A stretch of 64,000 bases of DNA from an uncultured Verrucomicrobiae bacterium (GTDB lineage: Bacteria; Verrucomicrobiota; Verrucomicrobiia; Chthoniobacterales; UBA10450), in the NCBI GenBank assembly GCA_963834385.1, contig CAWIBO010000002.1:960001-1024000 (forward strand), written 5' to 3'. Below, in pieces: positions 38,545-48,119 of this stretch. Within the stretch, counting starts at the first letter, position 1. The number at the start of each line of letters is the position of its first letter. The translations under genes and the position numbers were made by a program. Below the pieces are notes generated by a model. That model searched no databases. It had not been told where the DNA came from and worked only from the letters and a program-made list of their open reading frames with translations.

Positions 38545-40823
38545 GCCGAGGCCGGTTCCGGCGCGCCCATGACTTTCTCCAGCGCGGTGCGCAGTTCTTC
38601 CCAGCCGACCGGTTTGGTCAGGTGCCGGGAAAAGCCGGCGGCAAGGCTGGCGTTGATGTCCTCGCGCATGCCGTAGCCGCTCAGCGCAATCGCCGGCACC
38701 GGGCGTCGCGCGGTCAGTTCGCGCAAGAGTTCATGCCCGCTGCCGTCAGGGAGCCCAAGATCGCTGATGACCAGGTCGATCTCCCCGTCAAAGAGCCGGC
38801 GGGCTTCGGCCCCGGAGGAGGCGGAGAGCACGGTATGCCCGGCACGTTGCAGCAGGCGCCGGAGCTGGGCGGCGGTGTCTTCGTGATCTTCCACCAGGAG
38901 GATGCGCAGCGGAGGCATGGCCGGGTCCGGGCCCGCCGGTCCCACCGGAAGAACCGGCGCCGTGGCGGGTGCTCGGACGGTTTGCAAACGAATCGTCATC
39001 CGGGTCCCTTTGCCCGTCCCCTCGCTCGTCGCGACCAGGGTGCCGCCATGAAGATCGACCAGCGCCCGGCTGATGGCGAGGCCCAGCCCGAGCCCGCCGA
39101 AGGTGCGCGCACGCGACTCTTCGCCCTGCTCAAAAGCGTTAAAAATTCGCGAGATAAACTCAGGGCGAATCCCGATCCCGGTGTCAGCCACTTCCACCAC
39201 GAGATCGGGAGGGGTTCCGCCCGGGCCGGCGGCCGGGCGGGAAACAGCGTCCGGTTCATTGAAGACCCGCACCGTCACCGAGCCAGACTCCGGGGTGAAT
39301 TTGCAGGCGTTCTGCATCAGGTTCCAGAAGACCTGGGTCATGCGTGAACTGTCGGCAAGGATGTGCGTCTCGGTCGCATCGATCCGGAGGGAGAGCGCGA
39401 GCTTTTTCCGGGCCGCATGGTCGCCGCAATAATGTTGCAGGGCGTGTTCCAGGAGCGGCCGGACATCGACCACCTGCCGGTTCAACTCGACCTTGCCGCG
39501 CGCGATGCCGGTTACATCGAGCAGATCGTCGATCAGGCGCGCCTCCACCTCGATGTTTCGCCGGATGACGTCGATTTCCCGCCGCACCACCTCCGGGACG
39601 CGGTTGTCGTTCTCGAGCAGGCTCACCGTGGCCAGCACCGGGGTCAGCGGCGTCCGCAGTTCGTGGCTGAGCACGGCCAGGAAATTGTCCTTGGAACGAT
39701 TGGCCGCCTCCGCCGCCTCCTTCGCCGTGTTCAGTTCCTCCTCGGCTTTCTTGGCCTTGGTCACGTCCATGTTGACGCCGCTCATCCGGACCGGGCGACC
39801 GGTTTCGTCACGGAAGACACGCCCGCGTGAAGCCATGTGGCGAACCTCGCCGGCCGCGTCGATCACCCGGAAGGTGACATCGATGTCGCCCCGTTTCTGC
39901 AGGATGGCGCGGGTGCGCCGCTCGAGGTCCTCGCGGTCGTCCGGATGAATAAAGCTCTTCCAGGTCTCGGGCCGGCCATCGAACTGTTCCCGGGTCCGTC
40001 CGAAGAGCGGATACATGTAATCGTCCCAGGTGATGCGACCGGTCACAAGGTTCCAGTCCCATGTCCCGGTCTGCGACCCTTCCAGGGCGAGGCGGAGCCG
40101 CTCCTCACTGGCCGTGACCGCCGCGTCCCGTTCGCCGATCGCCGTCAGCATTTGGTTCAGCGCATCGGTCAGCTGTCCGATCTCGTCCTCGCCGTATTTG
40201 GTCGCGCGCACGGAGTAATCCTGCCGGGCGGAGACCGCGCTGGCCACGCGGGCCAGTTCAAGGATGGGATGGGAAATGCGGCGCTGCAGGGTGGCGGAGA
40301 GGATGATGGTGGCGACGGCCGAGCCCGCGGCCGAGATGAGGAGGAGCAGGCCATAGACGCTGATCCGGGTGAACATCGCGCCCAGGTCAGCCTCGAGGTA
40401 GATCGTCCCCAGTTGTTTTCCTTCGAGCAGAATCGCCTCTGAAAGCAGGAGCCGGTCCTGCTCGAAGACGTGGTCGCGCTCGGGCGGTTCCGCCGGGAAG
40501 TTCGCCCGGGTCAGCCCGGCGGGAAACTGCGCGAAGAGATTCCCCTGCGCATCGTAAATCGCGGCGGCGCGCACCTGGTCCTCCGCGGCCAGGGCCGAGA
40601 GCACCTCCTGCGCATCGCGCGGTTCGCGGAAGGCGAGGGCGGCCGTGCTGTTCGAGCCGATGATCTCGGCCAGAACACCCATGTTCTTCACCAGGGTGCG
40701 GCGAAAGGTGACCAACTCGTAGGTAATCAGCGCGCTGCCCATGAGGAGAAGCGCGAAGCTGCTCGTCAGGAGAATGACGAGCAGCAGCTTGCGCCGAAGC
40801 GGCAGATCCCGGAGGGCGATCAT
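38541..40823 (-). CDS. Hybrid sensor histidine kinase (periplasmic sensor-HAMP-PAS-HisKA-HATPase-REC)
   Basis: Two TMs, DEIGQL..ALN.ML, IHPDD, SHELRTPL, NACKFT, DTGIG, GLGLGL, ILLVED...ISDLGLPD...HLTKP. Confidence 0.93.
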   Translation of the reverse strand: MIALRDLPLRRKLLLVILLTSSFALLLMGSALITYELVTFRRTLVKNMGVLAEIIGSNSTAALAFREPRDAQEVLSALAAEDQVRAAAIYDAQGNLFAQFPAGLTRANFPAEPPERDHVFEQDRLLLSEAILLEGKQLGTIYLEADLGAMFTRISVYGLLLLISAAGSAVATIILSATLQRRISHPILELARVASAVSARQDYSVRATKYGEDEIGQLTDALNQMLTAIGERDAAVTASEERLRLALEGSQTGTWDWNLVTGRITWDDYMYPLFGRTREQFDGRPETWKSFIHPDDREDLERRTRAILQKRGDIDVTFRVIDAAGEVRHMASRGRVFRDETGRPVRMSGVNMDVTKAKKAEEELNTAKEAAEAANRSKDNFLAVLSHELRTPLTPVLATVSLLENDNRVPEVVRREIDVIRRNIEVEARLIDDLLDVTGIARGKVELNRQVVDVRPLLEHALQHYCGDHAARKKLALSLRIDATETHILADSSRMTQVFWNLMQNACKFTPESGSVTVRVFNEPDAVSRPAAGPGGTPPDLVVEVADTGIGIRPEFISRIFNAFEQGEESRARTFGGLGLGLAISRALVDLHGGTLVATSEGTGKGTRMTIRLQTVRAPATAPVLPVGPAGPDPAMPPLRILLVEDHEDTAAQLRRLLQRAGHTVLSASSGAEARRLFDGEIDLVISDLGLPDGSGHELLRELTARRPVPAIALSGYGMREDINASLAAGFSRHLTKPVGWEELRTALEKVMGAPEPASA

Positions 40824-40826
40824 CCC

Positions 40827-41379
40827 CTAACGTCGGAATTCGGCGACACGAAGCAACTTCGCACTGACTTCCACGCCCGGCCGCCCGCAAACTCTCCTGG
40901 CTCAGGCTCAGCCGGACACGGTTGCGGTCGGTCGTCAGCGCAATCATGCCGCCCCGCGCGATGAAGTCGTCCGCTTCACCGACGGTGACCACGTTACGCC
41001 CGGCCGTGGCCGCGATGATCTGGTCGAGCCGGCTGGTTTCGCGGCGGGGCACATAAAGCAGATGACACGGCCCGATGTCGCGCGCCGCCCGGTAATGTTC
41101 CACCCGCACGGGGCGGCCGCGCAGGACTTCACCCCTCACCGTTTCCAGCAATAGCGAGCCGAAGGGATCGTCGCCGATGATCCCGATGACCAGCGCGTCG
41201 CCCGACGAGGAGAAGGCCGTCCGCGGCCATTCGATGAAACGGAGGAAATTGTAGACAAAGACGGCTTTGACCGCGTATTCGGCCTCGCCGGGGGGCGGAG
41301 CCGGGCTGGCCGGAAGCGGGCTCGCCCAGGCCGCCAGCCCGAGGAAAGCGAGAAGCAGCGACCTTCTCAGAATTGCCAT
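40827..41379 (-). CDS. YfiR (DUF4154)-family periplasmic protein; +1 frameshift near 40877
   Basis: EYAVKAVFVYNF.RFIEWP, CHLLY, TVGE...F...GGMI; corrected end ...GVEVSAKLLRVAEFRR* (stop 40827). Confidence 0.88.
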
Positions 41380-43337
41380 CGGATGGTTCCATAAAGACTC
41401 CGGCGAACCTCGCGTGCCGCCAGCAAACTCCGGTCGGAAGTCATCGAGCCGCCCCGCATCTCCGGGTGCACATCATCAAGTAGATTCCGCCCGACCAGCG
41501 CCACCTCCAGCCGATCGGTGACCCACCACCCGAGACGGGCATCAACCGTGAGGTAATCCGGCGTGGCCGGCGCCGGCAGATCGTCCACATAACGAATAAT
41601 GGCGTCCAGTTCGAGGCGCCCCGGCAAGTCCATGGAGGAACGTCCCATGACAATGGCGTTGGGATCGTTCGCCTCCCCGGTGCCCCCGGAAAAATCCTGG
41701 CTGCCGGATTCGCGGTCCACATCGGTCTGGATCAGGGCCACGCTCCCTTCCGCTTCCCACCAGGAAGCAATCCGCCAGGTCGCAGAGGCCGTTCCGCCCC
41801 ACGACTCGCCTTTCTGCCCGTTCCGCAGGATCACCCCGGTTCCGTCCGGGTCGGGCTCGGCGCTGCGCAGGTTCGAATAATCGTGAAAGAAAATGTCGGC
41901 CTCGAGGGAGAGCACTCCGCTCGGCCGGATCCGGTAGCCCAGTTCGTAGGCAATCAATTCCTCCGGAGCAAAACTCCGGCTCCCCCGCAGAAAACTCGGG
42001 AACCCGGTGGCCGGGTTGGGCAGGACCACGTCCTCGTCCACCCGCGTGGGTGTTCGCACCGCCCTCGAGATCGCGCCCCAGATGGTCTGGTTGCCGCCTG
42101 GCGTCCAAAGGAACCGGCCGCTCGGCTGGACCTCGACTCCGCTAAAGGTGTTGTACTCGAGCTTGGTGCCGGCAATGAGCGAGAGCCGCTCCGGGACGAG
42201 CGCAAATTCGTCCTGGATGTAGCCGCTCAAAAGCTGCGATTCCTCGTGGTCCGGCAGAAAAGCCAGCTCCGGGCTGGTGTTGTCGATCTCATCGATGGAA
42301 AGCCGGTAATTGAGCCCGTAAATGACGTCGTGCCGCGGAGCGGGCGAGAACCGGTGCTGAAACTCCACATCAAAGGTGTTGCGCTCCTCCGCGGCCAGCC
42401 CGGGCACATCGCGGAAGGTCCGGTCGTAATAGGTTTGGACGAAAAAGCTCTCGTCCCGCCCGAGCTCGCGGGTCCAGCGCCCGAGGACGTTGCCGCCATT
42501 GACGTCGATGTCCGCCGCGGTGAACTGCCCGAAACACCCGCCATAGACGTCGCTTTGCAGCGTGAGCAGGTCGTCGGCCGTCAACTGCGAGTCGAGACGA
42601 AAGCCGCCCTGCGAAAGACTCGAGCCGTCCCGGGCGCTCCCGTTCCACTCCAGCTTGAGGCTGTCCCGGTCGAGCTGGGTAAAGTAGACCCGGTAATATG
42701 TTTCCGGCCCGAGTTTGCCGCCCCAGCGGATCCCGCCAAACTCGGCCTCGCCGATCCCGCCGCCGGCCCAGGCCAGTCCGCCCTGGGTCTCCCGCGCGCT
42801 TTTGGTGGTGATATTGATCACGCCATTGACCGCGTTGGCTCCCCAGAGGGTGGCGCCGGGCCCGCGAATCACCTCGATCTGCTGGAGGTCGGGCAAAAAC
42901 GTCTGCTGCACATCCCAGAAGACGCCGGAGAACAGGGGCGTATAAAGATTCCGGCCATCCATCAGGACCTGCATCTTGTTGGCGATGGCGATGTTGAAGC
43001 CACGGCTCGAGATCGCCCAGGTGTTGCCGCTGACCTGCGCCACGTGCAGCCCGGCGGCGAGACGAAGCGCATCGGGAATGTTGGTCACGCCGGCCCGGCG
43101 CATTTCTTCGCCGGTCACGACATCAATGGCGGTGGCCGCCTGCGAAGCGCGTTCCGGCCGCCGCGACGCCGAGGTGATCTCGAGGTCGACCAGCTCCTCC
43201 AGGGAAAGGCGCTTCAAAGCCTGGGGATTGCGATAGGCTTCCTGCGCGGACAGTGCCGGGGCCAGCAAAGAAAGGACAAGGCCCAGCAGAGGAGCCTGGA
43301 CGAAAAGGCGAGCCGCTGGGAGGAAGCGATAAGCCAT
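41367..43337 (-). CDS. TonB-dependent receptor
   Basis: LSLEEL..LEITSAS, plug IEVIRGPGATLWGANAVNGVINI.TK, beta-barrel, C-terminal WQF. Confidence 0.93.
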   Translation of the reverse strand: MAYRFLPAARLFVQAPLLGLVLSLLAPALSAQEAYRNPQALKRLSLEELVDLEITSASRRPERASQAATAIDVVTGEEMRRAGVTNIPDALRLAAGLHVAQVSGNTWAISSRGFNIAIANKMQVLMDGRNLYTPLFSGVFWDVQQTFLPDLQQIEVIRGPGATLWGANAVNGVINITTKSARETQGGLAWAGGGIGEAEFGGIRWGGKLGPETYYRVYFTQLDRDSLKLEWNGSARDGSSLSQGGFRLDSQLTADDLLTLQSDVYGGCFGQFTAADIDVNGGNVLGRWTRELGRDESFFVQTYYDRTFRDVPGLAAEERNTFDVEFQHRFSPAPRHDVIYGLNYRLSIDEIDNTSPELAFLPDHEESQLLSGYIQDEFALVPERLSLIAGTKLEYNTFSGVEVQPSGRFLWTPGGNQTIWGAISRAVRTPTRVDEDVVLPNPATGFPSFLRGSRSFAPEELIAYELGYRIRPSGVLSLEADIFFHDYSNLRSAEPDPDGTGVILRNGQKGESWGGTASATWRIASWWEAEGSVALIQTDVDRESGSQDFSGGTGEANDPNAIVMGRSSMDLPGRLELDAIIRYVDDLPAPATPDYLTVDARLGWWVTDRLEVALVGRNLLDDVHPEMRGGSMTSDRSLLAAREVRRSLYGTIRWQF

Positions 43338-43475
43338 GCGTGGTTTTGTCACTCGGGGGAGGGGGCGACGGGAAAAGACTGCGGCATTGCTGCCATTTTC
43401 ATTTCCCGCTGGCAAGCCCGCCCTGCTATCCTGCCGCCGATTTTTCAGAATTCTCGGCCGCCGGACACCACGCCC

Positions 43476-44717
43476 ATGCTCGATCCACACCAGACAATTG
43501 CGGAACTAAAGGAGTTGCGCGCCCTTACCGGCGACGAGAACGGGGCGCAGCGGGTCGCCTTCACCGAAACATGGGTCGCCGCGCGCGACTGGCTCCGGGG
43601 TCTGCTCCAGCCGCTGGCCGACGAGATGCACCAGGACGAAGCCGGCAATCTCTGGGCCACCGTGGCAGGTGAAAACGCAGGAAAAGCACTCCTCATCGGG
43701 GGGCACATCGACTCGGTTCCGAACGGCGGCTGGCTCGACGGCTGCCTCAACACGCTCGCGGGTGTCGCCATTCTCCGCCGGCTGCGCAACCAGGGCGGTC
43801 GGCCGGCGGTGAGCGTTCGCCTGGTCGACTGGGCGGACGAAGAGGGCGCGCGCTTCGGCAAAAGCCTGTTCGGTTCCTCTGCCTGTTCCGGTCACCTCGA
43901 CATGGCGGAAGCGCGGGCGCTTCGGGACCGGGACGGCATTACGCTCCCGGACGCTCTGCAAAAGGTCGGGATCGATTTCGAGAAAGCGAAGGAATGCGGC
44001 CGGGAACTCCAAACCGCCGCGGCCTACCAGGAACTTCATATTGAACAGGGACCGGTCCTGCTCGATCTCGATCTCCCGCTCGGCACCGTCCTGGGCACCT
44101 TCGGGGTTGAACGCCACGCCATCACTTTCCGCGGCCAGGCCGCCCATTCCGGCAGCACTCCGATGAATCGCCGCCGCGACGCCTTCCTGGCCGCGGCCCG
44201 GATGAGCCCCGAGATTTACGCCATCGCCGAGCGCAGCCAGGGCGGTGTTTGCACCATCGGCTCCTGCACCACCCGGCCCGGCATCGTCACCAGCGTGGCC
44301 GAGGAATGCCGAATCACGCTCGACCAGCGCCATCTCGACGCCGCCGCCCTCGCCCGCATGTTCAAGGAAGCCCGCGCCGCGAGCGAACGATTCGCGCAGG
44401 AAGGAAACGTCAGCGTCGAGTGGGAACGCCTCTGGCAGATCGAGCCGATCCTGTTTCACGACGACCTGATCAAGCGGGCCGACGAAGCGATCGCGGAAAC
44501 CGGCGCGAAACCGCATCGTCTGCCTTCCGGCCCCTTGCACGACGCCGCCGAAGTCGCGCGGGCCGGCGTGCCCACGATCATGATGTTCGTGCAAAGCCTG
44601 CACGGCCTCAGCCACAACAAGATCGAGGACACCAAAGAAGAACATCTCGAGCTGGCCCTGCGCGCCTTCGACAAGCTGGCCGACAAAACAATCACCTGGA
44701 TCGCGGGCCGGAACTAA
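43476..44717 (+). CDS. M20-family Zn amidohydrolase (beta-ureidopropionase / N-carbamoyl-amino acid hydrolase, PydC-like)
   Basis: GGHIDSVPNGG.LDG, DEEGARFG, ELHIEQG, AHSG.TPM..R.DA, SGPLHDA, SHN; pyrimidine catabolism context. Confidence 0.88.
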   Translation: MLDPHQTIAELKELRALTGDENGAQRVAFTETWVAARDWLRGLLQPLADEMHQDEAGNLWATVAGENAGKALLIGGHIDSVPNGGWLDGCLNTLAGVAILRRLRNQGGRPAVSVRLVDWADEEGARFGKSLFGSSACSGHLDMAEARALRDRDGITLPDALQKVGIDFEKAKECGRELQTAAAYQELHIEQGPVLLDLDLPLGTVLGTFGVERHAITFRGQAAHSGSTPMNRRRDAFLAAARMSPEIYAIAERSQGGVCTIGSCTTRPGIVTSVAEECRITLDQRHLDAAALARMFKEARAASERFAQEGNVSVEWERLWQIEPILFHDDLIKRADEAIAETGAKPHRLPSGPLHDAAEVARAGVPTIMMFVQSLHGLSHNKIEDTKEEHLELALRAFDKLADKTITWIAGRN

Positions 44718-44794
44718 GAGGCCCCGAAGATTTTAGTCGATTCCGCGGGAGCGAGAACGGTATTCTGTCGCTCCTCGAAAAACCCCGCCCTGCC

Positions 44795-45928
44795 ATGCCC
44801 ACCCTTGCCACCACTGTCGACGGCCTCAAACTGCCCAATCCTTTTGTCATCGGTTCCGGTCCGCCGGGGACGAACCTCAACGTCATCAACAAGGCCTTCA
44901 AGGAAGGCTGGGGCGCCGTTATCGCCAAGACCGTCAGCCTCGATTCCTCCAAGGTGGTCAACGTCAGCCCGCGCTACGCCAAGCTTTATGCCGGCGACGG
45001 CAAGGAGGTGATCGGCTGGGAAAACATCGAGCTGATCAGCGATCGCAAATTCTCGATCTGGCTCGAGGAATTCAAAAAGTGCAAGGACCAGTTCCCCGAC
45101 GGCATCCTGATCGCCTCCATCATGGAGGAATACAACAAGGACGCCTGGGTCGAAATCGTGGAGCGCTGCCAGGATGCCGGCGTGGACGCCTTCGAGCTGC
45201 AACTTCTCCTGCCCGCACGGGTTGCCCGAGCGCAAGATGGGCGCGGCCATGGGGCAGGATGCCGGAAATCCTCGAGGAAGTCTGCGGCTGGGTCATGAGC
45301 GCCGCAAAAAAACCGGTCTGGGCAAAAATGACGCCAAACGTCACCCGCATCGAGGACCCGAGCCGGGCCGCCTTGCGCGGCGGCGCCACCGGTCTCGCCG
45401 CCATCAACACCATTCGCAGCGTCATGGGCGTCAACCTCGACACCCTCCGGCCGGAACCGGCGGTGGAAGGTTTCACCACCCCCGGCGGCTATTCATCCAA
45501 GGCGGTCAAACCGATCGCGCTTCGCATGGTGATGGAAATTGCCACCATGATCCGGCAGGAATTCCCCGGGCGTTCACTCTCCGGGATCGGCGGCGTCGAA
45601 AGCGGGAATGACGCCGCGCAGTTCATCCTGCTCGGGTCCGACACGGTCCAGGTCTGCACCGGCGTGATGAAGTTCGGCTACGAATGCGTGAAGCCGATGT
45701 GCGAGGAGCTGCTCGCCTTCATGGAAAAACACAAGTTCGAGACCCTCTCCGATTTCAAAGGCAAGAGCCTCGACTACTTCACCACCCACGCCGAGCTGGT
45801 CCGGATGCAGGGCGAACGCAAAGCCGCGCAAAAGGCGGCCGCGGAACAAAAGGAAGTGGTGAAAGCGGATGGCGACTGGAGCGGCGACTCCTTCGTGCAG
45901 CAGTCAAACGCCCTGGCGACGAAACTGA
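44795..45928 (+). CDS. preA: Dihydropyrimidine dehydrogenase PreA/PYD1-like (FMN domain only); +1 frameshifts near 45200 and 45261, stop inferred at 45926-45928
   Basis: NPFVIGSGPPGTN, GWGAVIAKTV, GWENIELISDR, ELNFSCPHG.PER.MGAA.GQ, WAKMTPN, GGYS, SGIGG, VQVCT. Confidence 0.88.
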
Positions 45929-45936
45929 CACCTCTG

Positions 45937-46473
45937 GTGAAACTCCAAGCCTCAAGCCCCAACCGCCAGATAAGCTCCAAATTTCAAGCCGCCTTGCGCA
46001 AATCCCAAACGCGTCTCGAATCCCAGGATTCCAGGTCGCACGGCCGCCGCCGTGCGGTCTTCAGTTACTCAAAAGCCGACAATTTCGCGGTCGCTTCCAG
46101 GGCACAGGAGACGGCGGGTCCGAACGGCGACGAAAGACATCCATTCGACCTGGAAGAACGGACGGCGGCCTTTGGTGAATGGATTGTGCGGTTTGCCAGG
46201 ACAATCCCGCGGGGCCCGGCAAATGATCGATTGATCAGTCAGCTTGTCGGTGCGGGCACCAGCGTGGGAGCAAACTATTGCGAAGCGAGTGAAAGTGTTT
46301 CGAAGAAGGATTTTCGTTGCACGATCGGGAGGTGCGTCAAAGAAGCCAAGGAAACCAAATTCTTCCTCCGCCTCATTGCGGCGGCCGAACCCACCCTCGC
46401 CGCGGAGGCACGGTCCATTTTCCGGGAAGCGAAGGAACTGCATTTGATCTTCGCGGCAATATTTCGCAAATGA
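45937..46473 (+). CDS. Four-helix bundle protein (23S IVS/S23/Avd-like family); start uncertain
   Basis: DLEERT..F, QL..AGTSVGANY.EA.ES.S.KDF, KEAKET.FFL.LI, EA.EL..IF..I; visibly lower GC3 than neighbours. Confidence 0.85.
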   Translation: MKLQASSPNRQISSKFQAALRKSQTRLESQDSRSHGRRRAVFSYSKADNFAVASRAQETAGPNGDERHPFDLEERTAAFGEWIVRFARTIPRGPANDRLISQLVGAGTSVGANYCEASESVSKKDFRCTIGRCVKEAKETKFFLRLIAAAEPTLAAEARSIFREAKELHLIFAAIFRK

Positions 46474-46549
46474 AGACGAAGCGATCATTTTCGGAGCCTG
46501 GTTTTTGCTTGCGGCTTCCCTGAAGTTTGGATGTTGGTGCTTGGAGTTT
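45940..46549. mobile_element. Putative IR-flanked four-helix-bundle cassette inside the pyrimidine operon
   Basis: Heptad-periodic arms: AAACTCCAAGC... at 45940 and its reverse complement ending at 46549 (11/11 terminal match, 26/36 overall); no transposase. Confidence 0.55.
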
Positions 46550-46554
46550 AAAAA

Positions 46555-48089
46555 ATGTCCGCAACCTTACCGACCGAGAAGATCACGCGGAACGGCGGCA
46601 AATCGCTCACACCCTGCCCTCTCTTCATCGGAGGCGAGTGGGAGGAGATCGAGGGCGGCGCCGGATTTCCCGTGCACAATCCCTCAACGGGCGAAGTCAT
46701 CGCCGAGGTGCCCGCCTGCGGACAGGAGCAGGTTGACGCGGCGGTGGAAGCGGCCGCCCGCGGCCTTTCCCGGCTGGTGGGAAACACCGCCGGTCGAGCG
46801 CGCCCGGGTGTTTTTCCGGTTCAAGATGCTGCTCGAGGAGCATTTCGAGGAACTGGTGCGCTTAAACACCGCGCGAGCATGGCAAGACCCTGGTGGAATC
46901 GCGCGGCGACGTCCGCCGCGGCCTGGAAATGGTCGAGTTTGCCTGCGGCATTCCCTCGCTTTTGACCGGCGAATCAATCGAGAACATCGCCCGCGGCATC
47001 GATTGCGACACCATCCGGCAACCGCTGGGCGTCTGTGTCGGGATCACGCCGTTCAATTTCCCGGCCATGGTCCCGCTCTGGATGTACCCGGTCGCGATCA
47101 TGTGCGGGAACACCTTTGTCCTGAAGCCAAGCGAGAAGGTGCCGCTCACGGCCATCCGCATCATCCAGCTCCTCCAGAAAGCCGGCCTCCCCGCGGGCGT
47201 GATCAACATCGTCCACGGAGGCCGCGAATGCGTCGACGCGCTCCTCCGCCATCCGAAGGTGCGCGCCATCTCCTTTGTCGGTTCGACTCCCATCGCGCGC
47301 TACATCTTCGAGACCGGCACGCAGCACGGAAAACGCGTGCAGGCGAACGGCGGCGCCAAGAATTTCGTCTTTGTCATGCCCGACGCCGATGTCGAAAACT
47401 CGAGCCGCGGCGTCATCGAGGGCGCCTTCGGTTGCGCGGGCGAACGCTGCATGGCCAGTTCCACCGCCGTCATGATCGGCGAGGCCGCCTCCGCCGCGCT
47501 GCCGGAGATCGTGCGCCTGGCCGGGGCCATCAAGGTCGGCCCGACTGACCGCGAAGCGCAGCCGAACATGGGCCCGGTCATCACCGCGCAGCATCGCGAC
47601 CGCGTGGCGGAGCTGATCGCCGCCGGCGAAAAAGAGGGAGCGCGGGTTGTGGCCGACGGCCGCGGCGTCAAGGTGAAGGACGCGAACGGTTTCTTTCTCG
47701 GCGCCACTGTCCTCGATGGCGTTCGCGAAGGCATGACCGTCGCACGCGAGGAGATCTTTGGCCCGGTCCTCAACGTCATGCGCATGGAAGACCTCGACTC
47801 GGCCATCGAGGCGGTGAACCGCTCTCCCTACGGCAATGGCGCCTCGATCTTCACGCGTTCCGGTAAAGCCGCGCGCGAGTTCAAACACCGGATCAAGGCC
47901 GGCATGGTCGGGATCAACATCGGCGTGCCCGCTTCCATGGCCTGGTTCCCCTTCAACGGCTGGGACGAATCGTTTTTTGGCGATCTCCACATGCAGGGCA
48001 AGGAAGGGGTGCAGTTCTTTACCCAGCAGAAGGTCACCACCAGCCGCTGGTTCAGCTACGGCGAGGGCAGCATCTGGGCGGAGAAATAG
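46555..48089 (+). CDS. mmsA: CoA-acylating (methyl)malonate-semialdehyde dehydrogenase; +1 frameshifts near 46760 and 46871
   Basis: RGLE.VEFACG, ITPFNFPAMVPLW, LKPSEK.P, SFVGST, GGAKN, AFG.AGERCMA, EEIFGPV, GMVGINIGVP. Confidence 0.92.
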
Positions 48090-48119
48090 CCGGCCGCCCC
48101 CAACCCTGCGCCCACCACG

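Noticed and set aside
43410..43432. sigma54 promoter before the pyrimidine operon
   Set aside because: GG and GC are separated by 12 nt rather than 10. An extended -10 (TGCTATCCT) is possible but too weak to call.
41883..43475. N-terminal extension making a 944-aa amidohydrolase
   Set aside because: It is antisense to the TonB receptor; homology begins at MLDPH (43476).
45079..46473. Apparent PreA-four-helix-bundle fusion ORF
   Set aside because: Deleting one A in ACGAAACTGA gives a stop at 45926-45928, where PYD1-like proteins end. The linker is translated IR sequence, and +1 errors are common here.
45937..46473. Diversity-generating retroelement (Avd-like gene)
   Set aside because: No reverse transcriptase or TR/VR repeat pair is visible in the window.
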